Shown here: one piece after another, positions 11,216-24,840 of the stretch
How positions within the stretch are numbered: position 1 is the first letter of the stretch
Layout of the letters: every line of letters begins with the position of its first letter
From: Octopus bimaculoides
Lineage: Eukaryota
Direction: 5' to 3'
Assembly (NCBI RefSeq): GCF_001194135.2
Contig: NC_068983.1
Span: forward strand, 157,580,143-157,644,142
DNA length: 64,000 nt
Notes under the pieces: generated by a model
What the model saw: the letters and a program-made list of their open reading frames with translations, nothing else
The model's database searches: none
What the model was told of the DNA's origin: nothing
Made by a program: the position numbers and the translations under genes

Positions 11216-12377
11216 CTTGAGTTAATGGACATTAAATGTAACGGAAGTTAATTACTCCGATAATGATTTCCAAAGTTAACTTAATGTTAAATCATTAACG
11301 AAAATGTTAGCATTGTTAATTAATGATTAATGGATTAATGGTTTGGTACTCAGGTTTAGTAAACACACACATAAACAGCAGTAACTGTATTCAGCTGAAT
11401 ACGCATCATTGATTGGTTAAAATTACCCAAATATGACAACATTAACACGAAATAACTTCTAAAATACAAAATTTTGTCAAAAACATTAAGAATAAACCAT
11501 GTTCTACATGACACATTCAACCAGTATCCGAAGTTTCAAACTGTTTAGTTAAAAAAATTAATTAAAAAATCTGTGACTAAGATTGAAAAGATCCCATATA
11601 TGTATATCTGTGTGTATATCTTAAAAAAAAAAATATGTAAACGAATACACCTGCTTGTTGTTCCCACACCTGTCTTTGTCTTTTGTTTTCTGTAAATTTG
11701 AACTATATATATATATATTTATATATATACACATATACATATAGACAAGTGTGCAAGTGGGCGTATGTGTGAGTGTATGTATGAATGTATGTAGGATATG
11801 TGTGTATGGATGTACACAAAACTATGACTAAGTATTTGTTTTTCCTGTTTTTCTTGTATTTTTCTTCTTTCTTTTCTTCTCCTTTCTTTTCCCCCAAGCA
11901 GTTATGAAAGCAAAAGCCAATTAGGTTATTTTATCTAAACAGGAATACAAGATTTCCACGTTCATATTTGAAATTTGAATTTTTGCGTTTCTGCAGTCTC
12001 GTTTGCTTTTTATTCATTCCCTAACTAGACGGGCATATAACAGTATGGCAGCTGGCACTCAAGATCTTTAGTGAAGCACAACTTTATCTATGAATGTACC
12101 TGATGAGATCCAGACTGCAAAATGGATCCAACAGGGTCCAACAAATAAGGGATGATAGCAGGATGAACATTGTACAGAATAAGGTTTAATAACAAATCCA
12201 TCTTCTTGTCATTTGATTAATATAATTACCCCAACTGACACTGGAGGGTTCCTGAAGTAGATCCAACAGAAATATACTAGAACTGTGGATGACAACAGGT
12301 AGCCCAAACTGTTCCAATGCTCTACTCAACACTCAAACACACTAATTGACTTATGCATAGTAGTCCAAAATTAATTG

Positions 12378-12430
<53 letters not shown>

Positions 12431-13146
12431 GTATATATATCTATATATACATATCTATATATCACCTGAAAACAGAGAATACACTGATCAAAACAAAGTA
12501 TGGGTGGAAATACAAAAGTTAATATTCCAATCTTGGCAAAAAATAGTTTCCTTGTTTGAGTAACAAAATTTGGAATGAGTACAAAATGTGAGGTTAGGGG
12601 GGAAAAAATGATATGAATTAAGATAATTCAGATAGATGGTGACATATTTGAATGACATATGTAAAGATTTCTTAATGAACTGAAATTTCACTCTCAGTTG
12701 TCGTCGTCGTTTAACGTCCGCTTTCCATGCTAGCATGGGTTGGATGATTTGACTGAGGACTGGTGAACCAGATGGCTACACCAGGCTCCAATCTGATTTG
12801 GCAGAGTTTCTACAGCTGGATGCCCTTCCTAACGCCAACCACTCAGAGAGTGTAGTGGGTGCTTTTACGTGTCACCCGCACGAAGGCCACTCAGGCGGTG
12901 AAAAACAAAGTAGCAATAATTGTTAGTGATTCTCAAAGAAAAGAAATAATACGTCATAATGCGAGACATATCAGTGGCAAGGAGGAGTCGAAGTACACGT
13001 AGTGGCAGATAAGACACAACACAGATGGACCATGTAAGAAGACACAACACAGATGGACCATGTAAGAAGACACAATAAAAAATATTATACACAAAGTGAA
13101 AAATAAATAAATTCTATTGAAAAAAAGACTCTGAAGGAAAAGGGTC

Positions 13147-13715
13147 GGATCTTTTTTAAAACGGGGGCCACATTTTTCATTAATGAAACACTTTGAAACT
13201 TGGAACACTGGTAGAATGTGTCATATAAAACATCTTTTTCTATTAGTCTTCTTAAAAAAAAAAAGAAATCCATAAGTTATTCCATGTTAAAGTTGTCGTA
13301 TTTCTGTAATTTCAACCAATCACTGACGTCCATTCAGCCGATATACATTAAGTGCCGACTACATAAACAAACGATTCTGAAACAATTAACCCTAACCCTA
13401 ACCCTAGGGTTAGAGTTAGGGTTAAAGCAAATTCAAAATGAAAAAAGCAAATAAAACGAAGGTATGGAGATTAAATACGTTTTACATCGCTTAATCAGCC
13501 AAAGGAGTAAATGTAAACAACTGAATACTTGTCAGTGATTGGTTGAAATTATCGAAATAAGACAATTTTTTACATGAAATAAATTCGAATACAAAAATAT
13601 TTTTCTGTTCTATAACACAAAATAGATAAGTATACGAAGTTTGAAAGTCTTTCCGTACCAAAAACACTACGTAAAACATTAATGAAAAATGTGGCCCCCA
13701 TTTTAAAATAGATCC
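13147..13715. mobile_element. MITE with ~40-bp TIRs and a telomere-like palindromic core
   Basis: GGATCTTTTTTAAAACGGGGGCCACATTTTTCATTAATG pairs with CATTAATGAAAAATGTGGCCCCCATTTTAAAATAGATCC. An internal inverted repeat is also present. A partial second copy lies at about 28990-29311. Confidence 0.8.
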
Positions 13716-14872
13716 AAAAGGTCTGATGAAACTGGAACTCTAACACAGAACTGAACTACACATAGTGAAAAATAATATAAATCTGTTAGAACACAAAATA
13801 CTGTGATATTTACCACGAGGAAACCTCTCATATGGTCTTTTGGTGCATATAAGCATTCTTGTTTACATTGCTAGTGGGAGACAAATCAACACTGCTGAGA
13901 CTACTAGATCACATGACTTCAGCTTTCTCTGACCTTGATAATGGTAGACACCTGACTGCTGGAGATAGTAGCGATGTCTCAGCTAGGAGTATACATAGTC
14001 ACAGTGCTCAATCATCGAGCACTTATTCTATGCTGAGCTAATAAAAAAGGTTAGCAAAAGCACAAGTAATTGGATAGGAAAATAAAGAAAATGAAGACAG
14101 AAAGCAGCACAACCTTCAAGGATAGTTGTCTCAAAACTACTGGCAATATCAAAGTAAGCAGGTGTAGTACCAATCCTTTATTTAGGTAATTAGATCATAT
14201 TAGATGGGTACTTCAAGATACAAATAATTGTTCATAGAGGCTGTTTTTATACTTCTGTTCAAGGAAACACACTTTGAAAAAAATCTAAGAGTGAATGTCC
14301 TGCAACAAAACTAGATGAAGAGCTACAAAAGAAATCAAATAATCTGAGGAAGTACTGGGTGCTTTTTACATGGCACCAGCACCAGTGAGATCACTAAGTA
14401 ACTTCAGGACAAGACCCCGTCAACTGTGCAGGGAGTAGTATTGAGAGACAGAAAAAGGTGTCTTGCATTTGAAGAGAAACATAGTTACTTTAGATGGAGA
14501 GAGAGTGAGATGGTGAAGATGTGATGGGGAAGGGGTGTACACCTAAGTTACAGGGAGTTATACAGATGTGTATACAGTGAAGTGGACCAGGGATTAGAAA
14601 GGGTGAGTGAATGGGTGAGTTCACAAGATTGCAGAAAGAGTGGAGAGGGAATATAATAAGTGGCCACATGGTGGGGGAGGGAGTATTAGGAGGTTATGTT
14701 GTGAGGAAGGGATTCAATAAGGACATTGTGTGTAGGTAGGTACATGAAGGAGGGGAGGGGAATACAGCAGTGGGGAGGTGTCTGGATATTTTTTCTTAAA
14801 TGTTTTTTTTTGTTTTGCTTTTGGTTCTTGTATTCTCTTACTTTATATCAATGTAACTGTCTTCTATTTTAG

Positions 14873-15028
14873 ATTCTTACTTAAATGCTCTAGAGACATT
14901 TCCCAAGGAAAGAATTTGGTTGGTTTTGTCTCATACCTCAATGCCAATTACACAACAGAACATCAAGATGTTGACTCCAATTTACACTTGCCAGCACTAC
15001 TGAAATTATGTCAACATAGATCCAAAAG
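14873..15028 (+). CDS. ACOX1: ACOX1-like exon (156 bp)
   Basis: ag|A...AG|gt. Translates (K)FLLKCSRDISQGKNLVGFVSYLN...LLKLCQHRSK(R). Phases fit both neighbouring exons. Confidence 0.88.
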
Positions 15029-15091
15029 GTAAAATTTTGATTAATCTTTTATATGAAATAGATAAAAATATTTTTCATTTGCAAAGATAAC

Positions 15092-15250
15092 AGGCATAGC
15101 TTTGTGGTAAAAAGTTTGCTTCTCAACAACATGGTTCCAGGTTCAGTCCCACTGCATGACATCTTAGGCAAGTGTGTCTTCTACTATAGCTTTGGGCCAA
15201 CCAAAGCCTTGTGAGTGGATTTGGTAGATGGAAACTGAAAGAAGCTTGTC

Positions 15251-15292
<42 letters not shown>

Positions 15293-15500
15293 GTATGTAT
15301 GTATATGTGTATATGTGTGTGTCTTTGTGTCTATGTTGGTGCGTTTACATCCCCATAACTTAGTGATTTGGCAAAAGAAACTGATGGAATAAGTACGAGG
15401 TTTAAAAAATAAGTCTTTGGATTCATTTGTTTGACTAAAAAACCCTTCAAGGTAGTGTCGCAGCATGGCTGTAGTCAAATGATTAAAACAAGTAAAAGAG
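15092..15500 (+). mobile_element. tRNA-headed SINE with CORE-like body and internal (TA)n
   Basis: Head GTGGTAAAAAGTTTGCT...GGTTCAGTCCCACTG followed by TTAGGCAAGTG. A cleaner copy lies on the minus strand at about 60223-60615. Confidence 0.7.
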
Positions 15501-15574
15501 GGAAAGGGTAATCAGCAGTAAGACTGAATGCATCCAAGTAAAATGACTACTGACCTATTTTTATTTATTTTATA

Positions 15575-17138
15575 CTAGCAGAAATACCCGGCTTTGCCCG
15601 CGTTAAAGAGAATAATGAAATCTAAAAACGCCGTCTAGACTACGCAACCCTCAACTGTTAGTAGCTACGATACCATATTTCTACATTAATAACTCTCCAA
15701 TCCATGCCAGCATAGAACATAGACATTAAGTGGAATGCCAGTCTCTCATCTAGGAGGGCCTTGAAATCAATGTTACCAACTGGGGACTATGTGTGTCGCA
15801 GTGATAATAAAAAGACTCAAAGGAGGTCTGCAACGAAATAATTTTACTCAATACTTTGCAAGTGAATCAGTGGAGGCAAAGATGCGTCTNNNNNNNNNNN
15901 NNNNNNNNNNNNNNNNNNNNNNNNNNNNNNNNNNNNNNNNNNNNNNNNNNNNNNNNNNNNNNNNNNNNNNNNNNNNNNNNNNNNNNNNNNNNNNNNNNNN
16001 NNNNNNNNNNNNNNNNNNNNNNNNNNNNNNNNNNNNNNNNNNNNNNNNNNNNNNNNNNNNNNNNNNNNNNNNNNNNNNNNNNNNNNNNNNNNNNNNNNNN
16101 NNNNNNNNNNNNNNNNNNNNNNNNNNNNNNNNNNNNNNNNNNNNNNNNNNNNNNNNNNNNNNNNNNNNNNNNNNNNNNNNNNNNNNNNNNNNNNNNNNNN
16201 NNNNNNNNNNNNNNNNNNNNNNNNNNNNNNNNNNNNNNNNNNNNNNNNNNNNNNNNNNNNNNNNNNNNNNNNNNNNNNNNNNNNNNNNNNNNNNNNNNNN
16301 NNNNNNNNNNNNNNNNNNNNNNNNNNNNNNNNNNNNNNNNNNNNNNNNNNNNNNNNNNNNNNNNNNNNNNNNNNNNNNNNNNNNNNNNNNNNNNNNNNNN
16401 NNNNNNNNNNNNNNNNNNNNNNNNNNNNNNNNNNNNNNNNNNNNNNNNNNNNNNNNNNNNNNNNNNNNNNNNNNNNNNNNNNNNNNNNNNNNNNNNNNNN
16501 NNNNNNNNNNNNNNNNNNNNNNNNNNNNNNNNNNNNNNNNNNNNNNNNNNNNNNNNNNNNNNNNNNNNNNNNNNNNNNNNNNNNNNNNNNNNNNNNNNNN
16601 NNNNNNNNNNNNNNNNNNNNNNNNNNNNNNNNNNNNNNNNNNNNNNNNNNNNNNNNNNNNNNNNNNNNNNNNNNNNNNNNNNNNNNNNNNNNNNNNNNNN
16701 NNNNNNNNNNNNNNNNNNNNNNNNNNNNNNNNNNNNNNNNNNNNNNNNNNNNNNNNNNNNNNNNNNNNNNNNNNNNNNNNNNNNNNNNNNNNNNNNNNNN
16801 NNNNNNNNNNNNNNNNNNNNNNNNNNNNNNNNNNNNNNNNNNNNNNNNNNNNNNNNNAATAGTTTCATTTTTAAAGTGAAAGTATTTGACATGAGTGTTT
16901 TTGTTTCACTTTTGACACGTAATACTTAAATAGTGGAGGAGATATTATGTTGCCGTGGGCTCGAACTCTGCAAGAACTTAAAAATTGTTTTTGACTAAAA
17001 CACAACTGGAACCCTAAGTAAGGCATGTGTAAAATTTGAATGAAATTGGTTGCGTAGTTCTCGAGTTTTAGGGATTCACACACACACACACAGACAGACA
17101 GACAGACAGACACACATTCTCATTTTTATATATATAGA
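15575..17138 (-). mobile_element. Non-autonomous Helitron (spans a gap)
   Basis: Minus strand reads A|TCTATATATATAAAAATG with a (GTCT)n microsatellite near the 5' end, and GC-rich ...CGCGGGCAAAGCCGGGTATTTCTGCTAG|T at the 3' end. Inserted between A and T with no TSD. Confidence 0.8.
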
Positions 17139-19561
17139 TTGCATTTGGTGATCAATAACATTTAAAATCCTACTTAATGAAATTTTGAAAATCTTTCTCT
17201 TAACAACTCTTTATATTTTCTTCTGTGAATTTTCAAACTGTCTTTCATTCACATGAAATTTCAGGTTTCTACCAGACTAGTCACTGGTCTCTGAGTTTTT
17301 GATAGTGGGATTGTCTAGGTAACTCAGGCAGAACAAATATCACACAGGGTATTTTTGTTCAAAAGTATTGAGAAGAAGCGAAAACTGGAAGCGCAGAAAA
17401 TCAGTGAAATATAATGTGGAATGAGATGATATTGACAATGAGTGGTTCCCGAGAGAGGAGTTGGTAACTTGTATCACAAAGGGGATGAAATACGTGCAGA
17501 TTTTGCTCATTGTTAGAAGAGTAATGGAGAGATGGTTAAGAAGAGGTGGCGAAAGCTTGACAGGAACAGATTGGATGCAGGGGAAGGACTTAATGGGTGT
17601 AATGACATAAGCATAATGCTTTAGTTTGCTACATTTCAAACTCATCAGTTTAGATGTAATCTTTTGATGAGACCTTTTTTTTTTTTACAAGTGAAACACT
17701 ATAAATTGCAAACTGGTCTTTAATTATCTGCTACATCAATTATCATATTAAGAAACAGCAAATATAAAAGAAAAATGGAAAATTCATTCTGAAATTTCAT
17801 GTGAATGAAAGACAGTTTGAAAATTCACATAAGAAAATATAGAAAATTGTTAAGAGAAAGTTTTTCAAAATTTCATTCAGTAAGTAGGATTTAAAAAAAG
17901 AAATAAAATACTATGAGCATTTCAAGCAGTCATAACCAAGAAATATTTCATCACACTGCACCAGGAATCTTTGTCCTCATCAGCTTTGGTAAGTGTTTTG
18001 GTTGTGCATCTCTGCCAATAATGTTAATAGTTTATATTCTACAGAAGTATCTAAAATATAACATTCAATATGACCTGGTGTTCAGCATGGTGACAGTGCG
18101 CAAGAACAATGGCTTGAATCTGTTCATAAGTTTTCTCTTTGGTCTTGTGTTCATGGCCTGATATTCTGAACCCTTGGGAGAAACTTGCTGTATGTACCAC
18201 CAAGGCAGTCTTGAAGCTCCTTCTTCATAGTCCAAGTTTTGGCTCATTAGAGAATTCTCTCTACATACATATGTCCTGAAGAAGGCCAGCATTGTTATCT
18301 TTGAAATACTTGATTGCCTGAGTTTGTGAAGCTTATTACCAGCATTCTATGCTTGTTCCTTGCATGTCAGAAAGTTCTATGCTGCAAGTCAACAACATAG
18401 ATATCAAGGTAGTTGAAGGCACTGACCTCCTCCAGTTGTTTGCTATTGTTGGAACAAATTGGCAGGCAACCATGATCCTCATTGGTAATCATATATTTAA
18501 GTTTCTTTGTACTGAAAAACAGGTTGACCTTGGCTGAGATCATATTTGTAATGATTCAGTTAATATGTAAACAACAATAACAACAATAACAACATGATGA
18601 TGATGTCTGTTTTCCATGCTGGCATAAGTTGGACCGTTTAACAGGACCTGGCAAGTTAAAAGACTGCACCAAGCCCTATTGGTATGGTTTCTGTGACTAG
18701 ATCATCATCATCATCATCATCGTTTAACGTCCGCTTTCCATGCTANNNNNNNNNNNNNNNNNNNNNNNNNNNNNNNNNNNNNNNNNNNNNNNNNNNNNNN
18801 NNNNNNNNNNNNNNNNNNNNNNNNNNNNNNNNNNNNNNNNNNNNNNNNNNNNNNNNNNNNNNNNNNNNNNNNNNNNNNNNNNNNNNNNNNNNNNNNNNNN
18901 NNNNNNNNNNNNNNNNNNNNNNNNNNNNNNNNNNNNNNNNNNNNNNNNNNNNNNNNNNNNNNNNNNNNNNNNNNNNNNNNNNNNNNNNNNNNNNNNNNNN
19001 NNNNNNNNNNNNNNNNNNNNNNNNNNNNNNNNNNNNNNNNNNNNNNNNNNNNNNNNNNNNNNNNNNNNNNNNNNNNNNNNNNNNNNNNNNNNNNNNNNNN
19101 NNNNNNNNNNNNNNNNNNNNNNNNNNNNNNNNNNNNNNNNNNNNNNNNNNNNNNNNNNNNNNNNNNNNNNNNNNNNNNNNNNNNNNNNNNNNNNNNNNNN
19201 NNNNNNNNNNNNNNNNNNNNNNNNNNNNNNNNNNNNNNNNNNNNNNNNNNNNNNNNNNNNNNNNNNNNNNNNNNNNNNNNNNNNNNNNNNNNNNNNNNNN
19301 NNNNNNCATACCAGCGCAATCGTCTCTCTTGCACGCCACAACTGATGCTTCTAGATGCTCTTCCTAATGCCAACTACTTTATAGACTATACTGGGTGCTT
19401 TTTACATGGCACCAGCAGCAGTGAGATGACCAAATAACTTACAAGACAAGATCTATCAACTAAGTGGGGAGTAGTATTGAAGGACAGAAATAAGTTTCCA
19501 TCATCTTTGCATATTTATTCCCTATGTAATGTAATATGAAATTTTCTTTTTCTTTTTGTAG

Positions 19562-19667
19562 AATGCTTTTATATATTTCAAAACTTGTTTTTGAGAAGAT
19601 AAATTCTGGAAGCTCACTTGAACAGGCATTCAATATATGGTCAAATGAGATAAAAAATATGGCTATT
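19562..19667 (+). CDS. ACOX1: ACOX1-like exon (106 bp)
   Basis: Polypyrimidine tract then ag|A...ATT|gtaagt. Translates (R)MLLYISKLVFEKINSGSSLEQAFNIWSNEIKNMAI. Supplies the phase 2 to phase 0 bridge the frame requires. Confidence 0.82.
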
Positions 19668-20944
19668 GTAAGTTGATTTTAAACAAAATTAAATGAATTT
19701 GGTTAAATTTCCTTATATGTTTGTAACAAAAGATTTTTTGAGAGTTGACTCCTGTTCTTCCATGTGGTTCATTTGTGCTATGATTTGGTCTCTGGAGAGT
19801 TCTATTTGTTCTTTGGTTAGGGTTGTATGTTCTCTTATTTCTTGTTATATCTGCATATGATCCCAAATTTGTGTTTCTTAGAGGGCTGAGCTATCTTTGT
19901 GTATTTTGTGGGAAAACTTCCTTTCTTTTGGTGTTGTTTTGAGGTCTGAGGGTTGTAGTAGATTGATGTTAGGTTTTATCTGGTTTTTCCCATAGGTGTT
20001 TTCATATTCTTATAGCCAGAGGATTTTTGATTCCAAGATCTTCTTATACTTTGTCTCCTCTCTGATGGTGTCAGTTTTCCACATGTCTAGAAGATTTATG
20101 GGAATATTTCCACTGCTTCTTTTGTTAATTTCTTTATGTATATAGGTGTCATATGTTTCAAATTTCTTTTGGAAGTTTGTTACTCTAAGGTGAAGTAGTG
20201 TGATTTCAGTTTCAAATCTCTGTAGTGCTAAATTGAGGCAAATCTTTGTTTCTTCATTTGGTTCCAACATTATTTCTTTGATATGAAATTTTAATGGGAG
20301 TATTACTTCTTTACTCCTCCACTGTTCAAATGTGTTGGCTAGGTTTTCATTTTTTAGGGCTCTCCAATATGCTTGTTTTCTTTTATTTAATATGTATATA
20401 TGTATATATATATATATATATATNNNNNNNNNNNNNNNNNNNNNNNNNNNNNNNNNNNNNNNNNNNNNNNNNNNNNNNNNNNNNNNNNNNNNNNNNNNNN
20501 NNNNNNNNNNNNNNNNNNNNNNNNNNNNNNNNNNNNNNNNNNNNNNNNNNNNNNNNNNNNNNNNNNNNNNNNNNNNNNNNNNNNNNNNNNNNNNNNNNNN
20601 NNNNNNNNNNNNNNNNNNNNNNNNNNNNNNNNNNNNNNNNNNNNNNNNNNNNNNNNNNNNNNNNNNNNNNNNNNNNNNNNNNNNNNNNNNNNNNNNNNNN
20701 NNNNNNNNNNNNNNNNNNNNNNNNNNNNNNNNNNNNNNNNNNNNNNNNNNNNNNNNNNNNNNNNNNNNNNNNNNNNNNNNNNNNNNNNNNNNNNNNNNNN
20801 NNNNNNNNNNNNNNNNNNNNNNNNNNNNNNNNNNNNNNNNNNNNNNNNNNNNNNNNNNNNNNNNNNNNNNNNNNNNNNNNNNNNNNNNNNNNNNNNNNNN
20901 NNNNNNNNNNNNNNNNNNNNNNNNNNNNNNNNNNNNNNNNNNNN

Positions 20945-20997
<53 letters not shown>

Positions 20998-21452
20998 CAT
21001 ATAAACACTGCTTTCAGCAGAGATCCTCAATGCACCACAAAAAATAATGGAGTTAATCCTTATCTGTGAGCAAGCATGTAAGAATGTAGAAGAAAACTGA
21101 AACTCTCAAAGCAGATGATAGTACTGAAATGCTTTATTATTTCCCCCCTCTCTTCTATTTCTGTCTTGCAAGTTATTTAGATACCTCACTAGTGTTGGTA
21201 GCATGAAAAAGGTACTCAGCACATACTGTAAAGTGATCAGCATTAGGAAGGGCATCCAGCTGTAGAAAACACATCAAAGCTAATACTGTAGGTTGGCATA
21301 TTCCTGTTGCTTGCCAGATCCTATCAAATCATCCAACCCATACCAGCATGGAAAATGAATGCTAAATGAATCATCATCCTCATCATCATCATCAATACTA
21401 TGACAATGACGATGAGTTCAATTACAATTATAGTTTTATGTTATTATTATAG

Positions 21453-21596
21453 GTTGTCTGTCAAGTTTACACCATGGAAAAATTCATTGAAGCTATTGGT
21501 CAAATAAAAGAAAATCGCTTGGCATCAGTATTGACTGATGTTTGTAAATTTTACTGTGCATTTAATATTGTGGAGAATATTGGTGATTTTTTACAA
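21453..21596 (+). CDS. ACOX1: ACOX1-like exon (144 bp)
   Basis: ag|GTT...CAA|gtaagt. Translates VVCQVYTMEKFIEAIGQIKENRLASVLTDVCKFYCAFNIVENIGDFLQ, ending like ACOX1 'NAGDFLQ'. Confidence 0.9.
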
Positions 21597-22321
21597 GTAA
21601 GTTGGAAATTTATTTTTTATTTTTAACAATTCCGATAAAATAGATCATTTCCTAATATAATCTTACTATCCATTGAAGTGAATACTAATTTTACAGAAAT
21701 TTTTTTAATATAAAACACAAATTCTTAGGTCGACAGAGTATATTTCTGTCATTCAAGATCTACTCTGTTATATCATTGTTACCCATAACAGGCTAATTAA
21801 TATAGCATTGAACTTCTTGTTAATTATTCAATCAGTTTGGTATACCACTATTGAGTTCTTCTCATTTGCTGTCTAATTCTTTTCTAAGATAAAGGCAGTG
21901 TTCTGGCACTAGATAAAATGCTAGCATTTTATCTAGCCATTTATTATGTAAAAGTTGAAAAAGGTGTGTCACAGAATATTCTCGTTGTTTTAAAATATGG
22001 TATTAAACATTTTTTTCCGAGGTTTACTACTGTCTACAAGTCCCTTCCACTACTTTTCTATAATGTTGATGTACAAAAAATTTCATGTAATATTTTGTTT
22101 TTAAAGACTGGCAGAATCAGTGAAACAATGGACAAAATGTCCTGTGGTATTTTGCAATATACTTTAATGTTCTGAGTTGTAACAAGTACCAGGTTGAGCT
22201 AATCAACTGTGCTATACCAGTCTTCCAGATTTTTAGGATTATATCCTTGTTGGAGATCAATGTTGTCTTTTTCCCACTCTCTACATGTCTTCCCAATTAC
22301 ATTTATACTATTTCTTTTCAG

Positions 22322-22528
22322 TTCAACCTTCTCACCGTAGAACAGGTAAAATTACTGAAAACTGCAATGTATAATCAACTGTCCAAAATAAGGCCTAATG
22401 CTATAGCATTAGTAGATGCCTTTGATTTCTCTGACCGTTTCCTTCACAGTGCTCTTGGTCGTTATGATGGTCAAGTTTATCAAGCTCTTTATGACTATGC
22501 CAAACTCGCTCCAATTAATTCAAAAGAA
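22322..22528 (+). CDS. ACOX1: ACOX1-like exon (207 bp)
   Basis: ag|TTC...GAA|gtaagt. Translates ...IRPNAIALVDAFDFSDRFLHSALGRYDGQVYQALYDYAK..., the ACOX C-terminal 'RPNAVALVDAFDF...S.LGRYDG.VY' motif. Confidence 0.96.
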
Positions 22529-23489
22529 GTAAGTGTATTTTGTAACATCATCATCATAGTTTAATGTCCATGTTCCATGCTGGCATGAGTTGGATAGCTT
22601 GACAGGATGGATCCAAATGGGTCCAAATACTGCATTCTTCTTCAATGTCTGCTTTGACTTGGTGTCTACAGCTGGATACCTTTCTCATTGCCAACCACTT
22701 TACACCATGTACTGGGGCTTTTTTTCATGGTACCAGCAGCAGTGGGGGTGCCATACAGCCTGCTAGACTTAGAATCCTTTGTACTGGGTGGGGCTACAGA
22801 AGGGAGGAAGGTGGTTTTATGCTAGGGGACGAGGGAGTTAAGGTGGTCAGAACAGGCTTCTTGCTGTAGAGGAGCTACATGGTTACTAACGTTATATAAG
22901 AGAGGGTAAGAGTGGTGGGGTGGTGCTAGAAAGAGATAAAAACAGTGGTGATGAGGTGTTAGGGTGGACCTTCAAATATGAGGTGGGTAGAAGTGAGTGG
23001 GGACAGGAGAGTAGGAAGAATGGGTGGTTAGAGGTTGCAAGAGAAAATGAGAGATGGTTAGAAATAGAGGATGGGTAAGAGAATGAATATAATGAAGAAA
23101 AAGTGCTGAGAGATGATAAGTAGAGAAGAGGGAAAAATAGGTGATAAAGGCATAGGTGACTAGGATATGAGGGGAAATGGTATGGACAATAGAAAGATGA
23201 GAGGGATGTGTGACACAAGGGATGAGAGATAGAGGGATGAATGATGTGGGTGTTTGAGAGTTGGGGGAAGAAGTTTCATCAACAGAAGCAACATACTTTT
23301 GCACAAGTGGCTAGAGGGCGTTGGTGGGGAGTAAATCATTACCAGTCTGTCAAATGACTTTCTTTTGGAAAATGGTCTTCAATGTTTGTCTCTAGCAGCA
23401 ACACTTTCCTAGATATGTGATCAGTACCCCAATCTGGATTTTATTTGAGTGCTGTTGAAGGTTAACAACTGATCTGGACTGAAATATTA

Positions 23490-23874
23490 GTTAGTTGGCA
23501 CTCCGTCGCTTACGACGTCGAGGGTTCCAGTTGATCCGACCAACGGAACAGCCTGCTCGTGAAATTAACGTGCAAGTGGCTGAGCACTCCACAGACACGT
23601 GTACCCTTAACGTAGTTCTCGGGGATATTCAGCGTGAAACAGTGTGACAAGGCTGACCCTTTGAATTACAGGCACAACAGAAACAGGAAGTAAGAGTGAG
23701 AGAAAGTTGTGGTGAAAGAGTACAGCAGGGTTCGCCACCACCCCCTGCCAGAGCCTCGTGGAGCTTTAGGTGTTTTCGCTCAATAAACACTCACAACGCC
23801 CGGTCTAGGAATCGAAACCGCGATCCTTTGACCGTGAGTCTGCTGCCCTAACCACTGGGCCATTGCGCCTCCAC
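23490..23874 (-). mobile_element. Full-length young tRNA-headed SINE with 14-bp TSD
   Basis: TSD GGACTGAAATATTA at 23476-23489 and 23875-23888. The head has A-box and B-box motifs. A highly similar copy lies at 63652-64000 (+). Confidence 0.9.
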
Positions 23875-24840
23875 GGACTGAAATATTACCACTCTCTAAA
23901 GAGAAAGTGAAGTCTTTGGCATGAGGTTTAGTGTGAAAGATTTCAGAAATTGTGCACTTTCAGTAACTTTGAAAATTTAATAAGGCCTGTAAATTTAGAA
24001 ATTGTAAAGTGAAGTAAAATAAGCAAAAGTTATTTCCAAAATAATGTGATGGTGGTGGTTATCTGACGATGGTAACAGCAAAGTTGATGCTGATAATGAC
24101 GAGAACTTTTGTAGGAAGAGAGAATATCTATCAACATGGAGGAGTTTTGAATTCTATATAATGCACTCTGATCTCTTTCTGCTATTGTTTCCACCAACAT
24201 AACTAACCAAATAAATAACTTAAATACCATGTGTATATAGTAGCCTTTGTTTTTAGTACTTGCTAGGGATGGAGGGAGGAGCAGTACCCATATCTTTTGT
24301 AGGCCCTCATCAGAGACTTCTGAGTTTGATACCATTAATGTTACATTTGAACTGTTGTGTGTCAACACCTGCAGAAAAGACATGTGTAGGGATGAGACTC
24401 CAGAGGTCAGATGTTTTGGGGAGGAAGGACTTGGCATAATTGTTAAGTTAGGGACTGAAGGGTTGGACACTATAAGAGTGATGAAAGGAAGAGGGATCAG
24501 TAGTGCAGCAGTGCCAGGGAGAGGAGATACAAAAGCAGCCAACTCTAAGAAACAAAGTGATTTGATGTCAGTAGCTATTCACTGGATGTGGTCCGGGATA
24601 TCTGTGGGCATAGCAACATCATCATTCCTGATCAAGACCTCACTTGAGCCTTGTAGCAATTGTTGGAGGTTAAAATAACTGTAGTTTCTTACAATAAATT
24701 AACATTACTGTACTCTGAATTAAGTTTCCTTCTTGTTATTTTTAACTTGTAATAGTCCCCTCATTGCTTTCTTAGAAGTTAAAATGTTTTGTTTGTTTCA
24801 TTTAAAAAAAAATAGGATTTTAGAAACTGATTTCTTTTTA

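Noticed and set aside
13386-13425. Ancestral telomere fusion site
   Set aside because: The orientation is opposite to a fusion junction, the tract is very short, and it lies inside a repeated MITE.
15789-21069. Large ORFs of 200-357 aa in the ORF track
   Set aside because: They consist almost entirely of N gaps. The same applies at 9715-10253 and 28609-29062.
24030-24678. Overlapping 170-aa and 143-aa ORFs in the last ACOX intron
   Set aside because: No recognisable domain or usable splice context. Probably decayed TE sequence.
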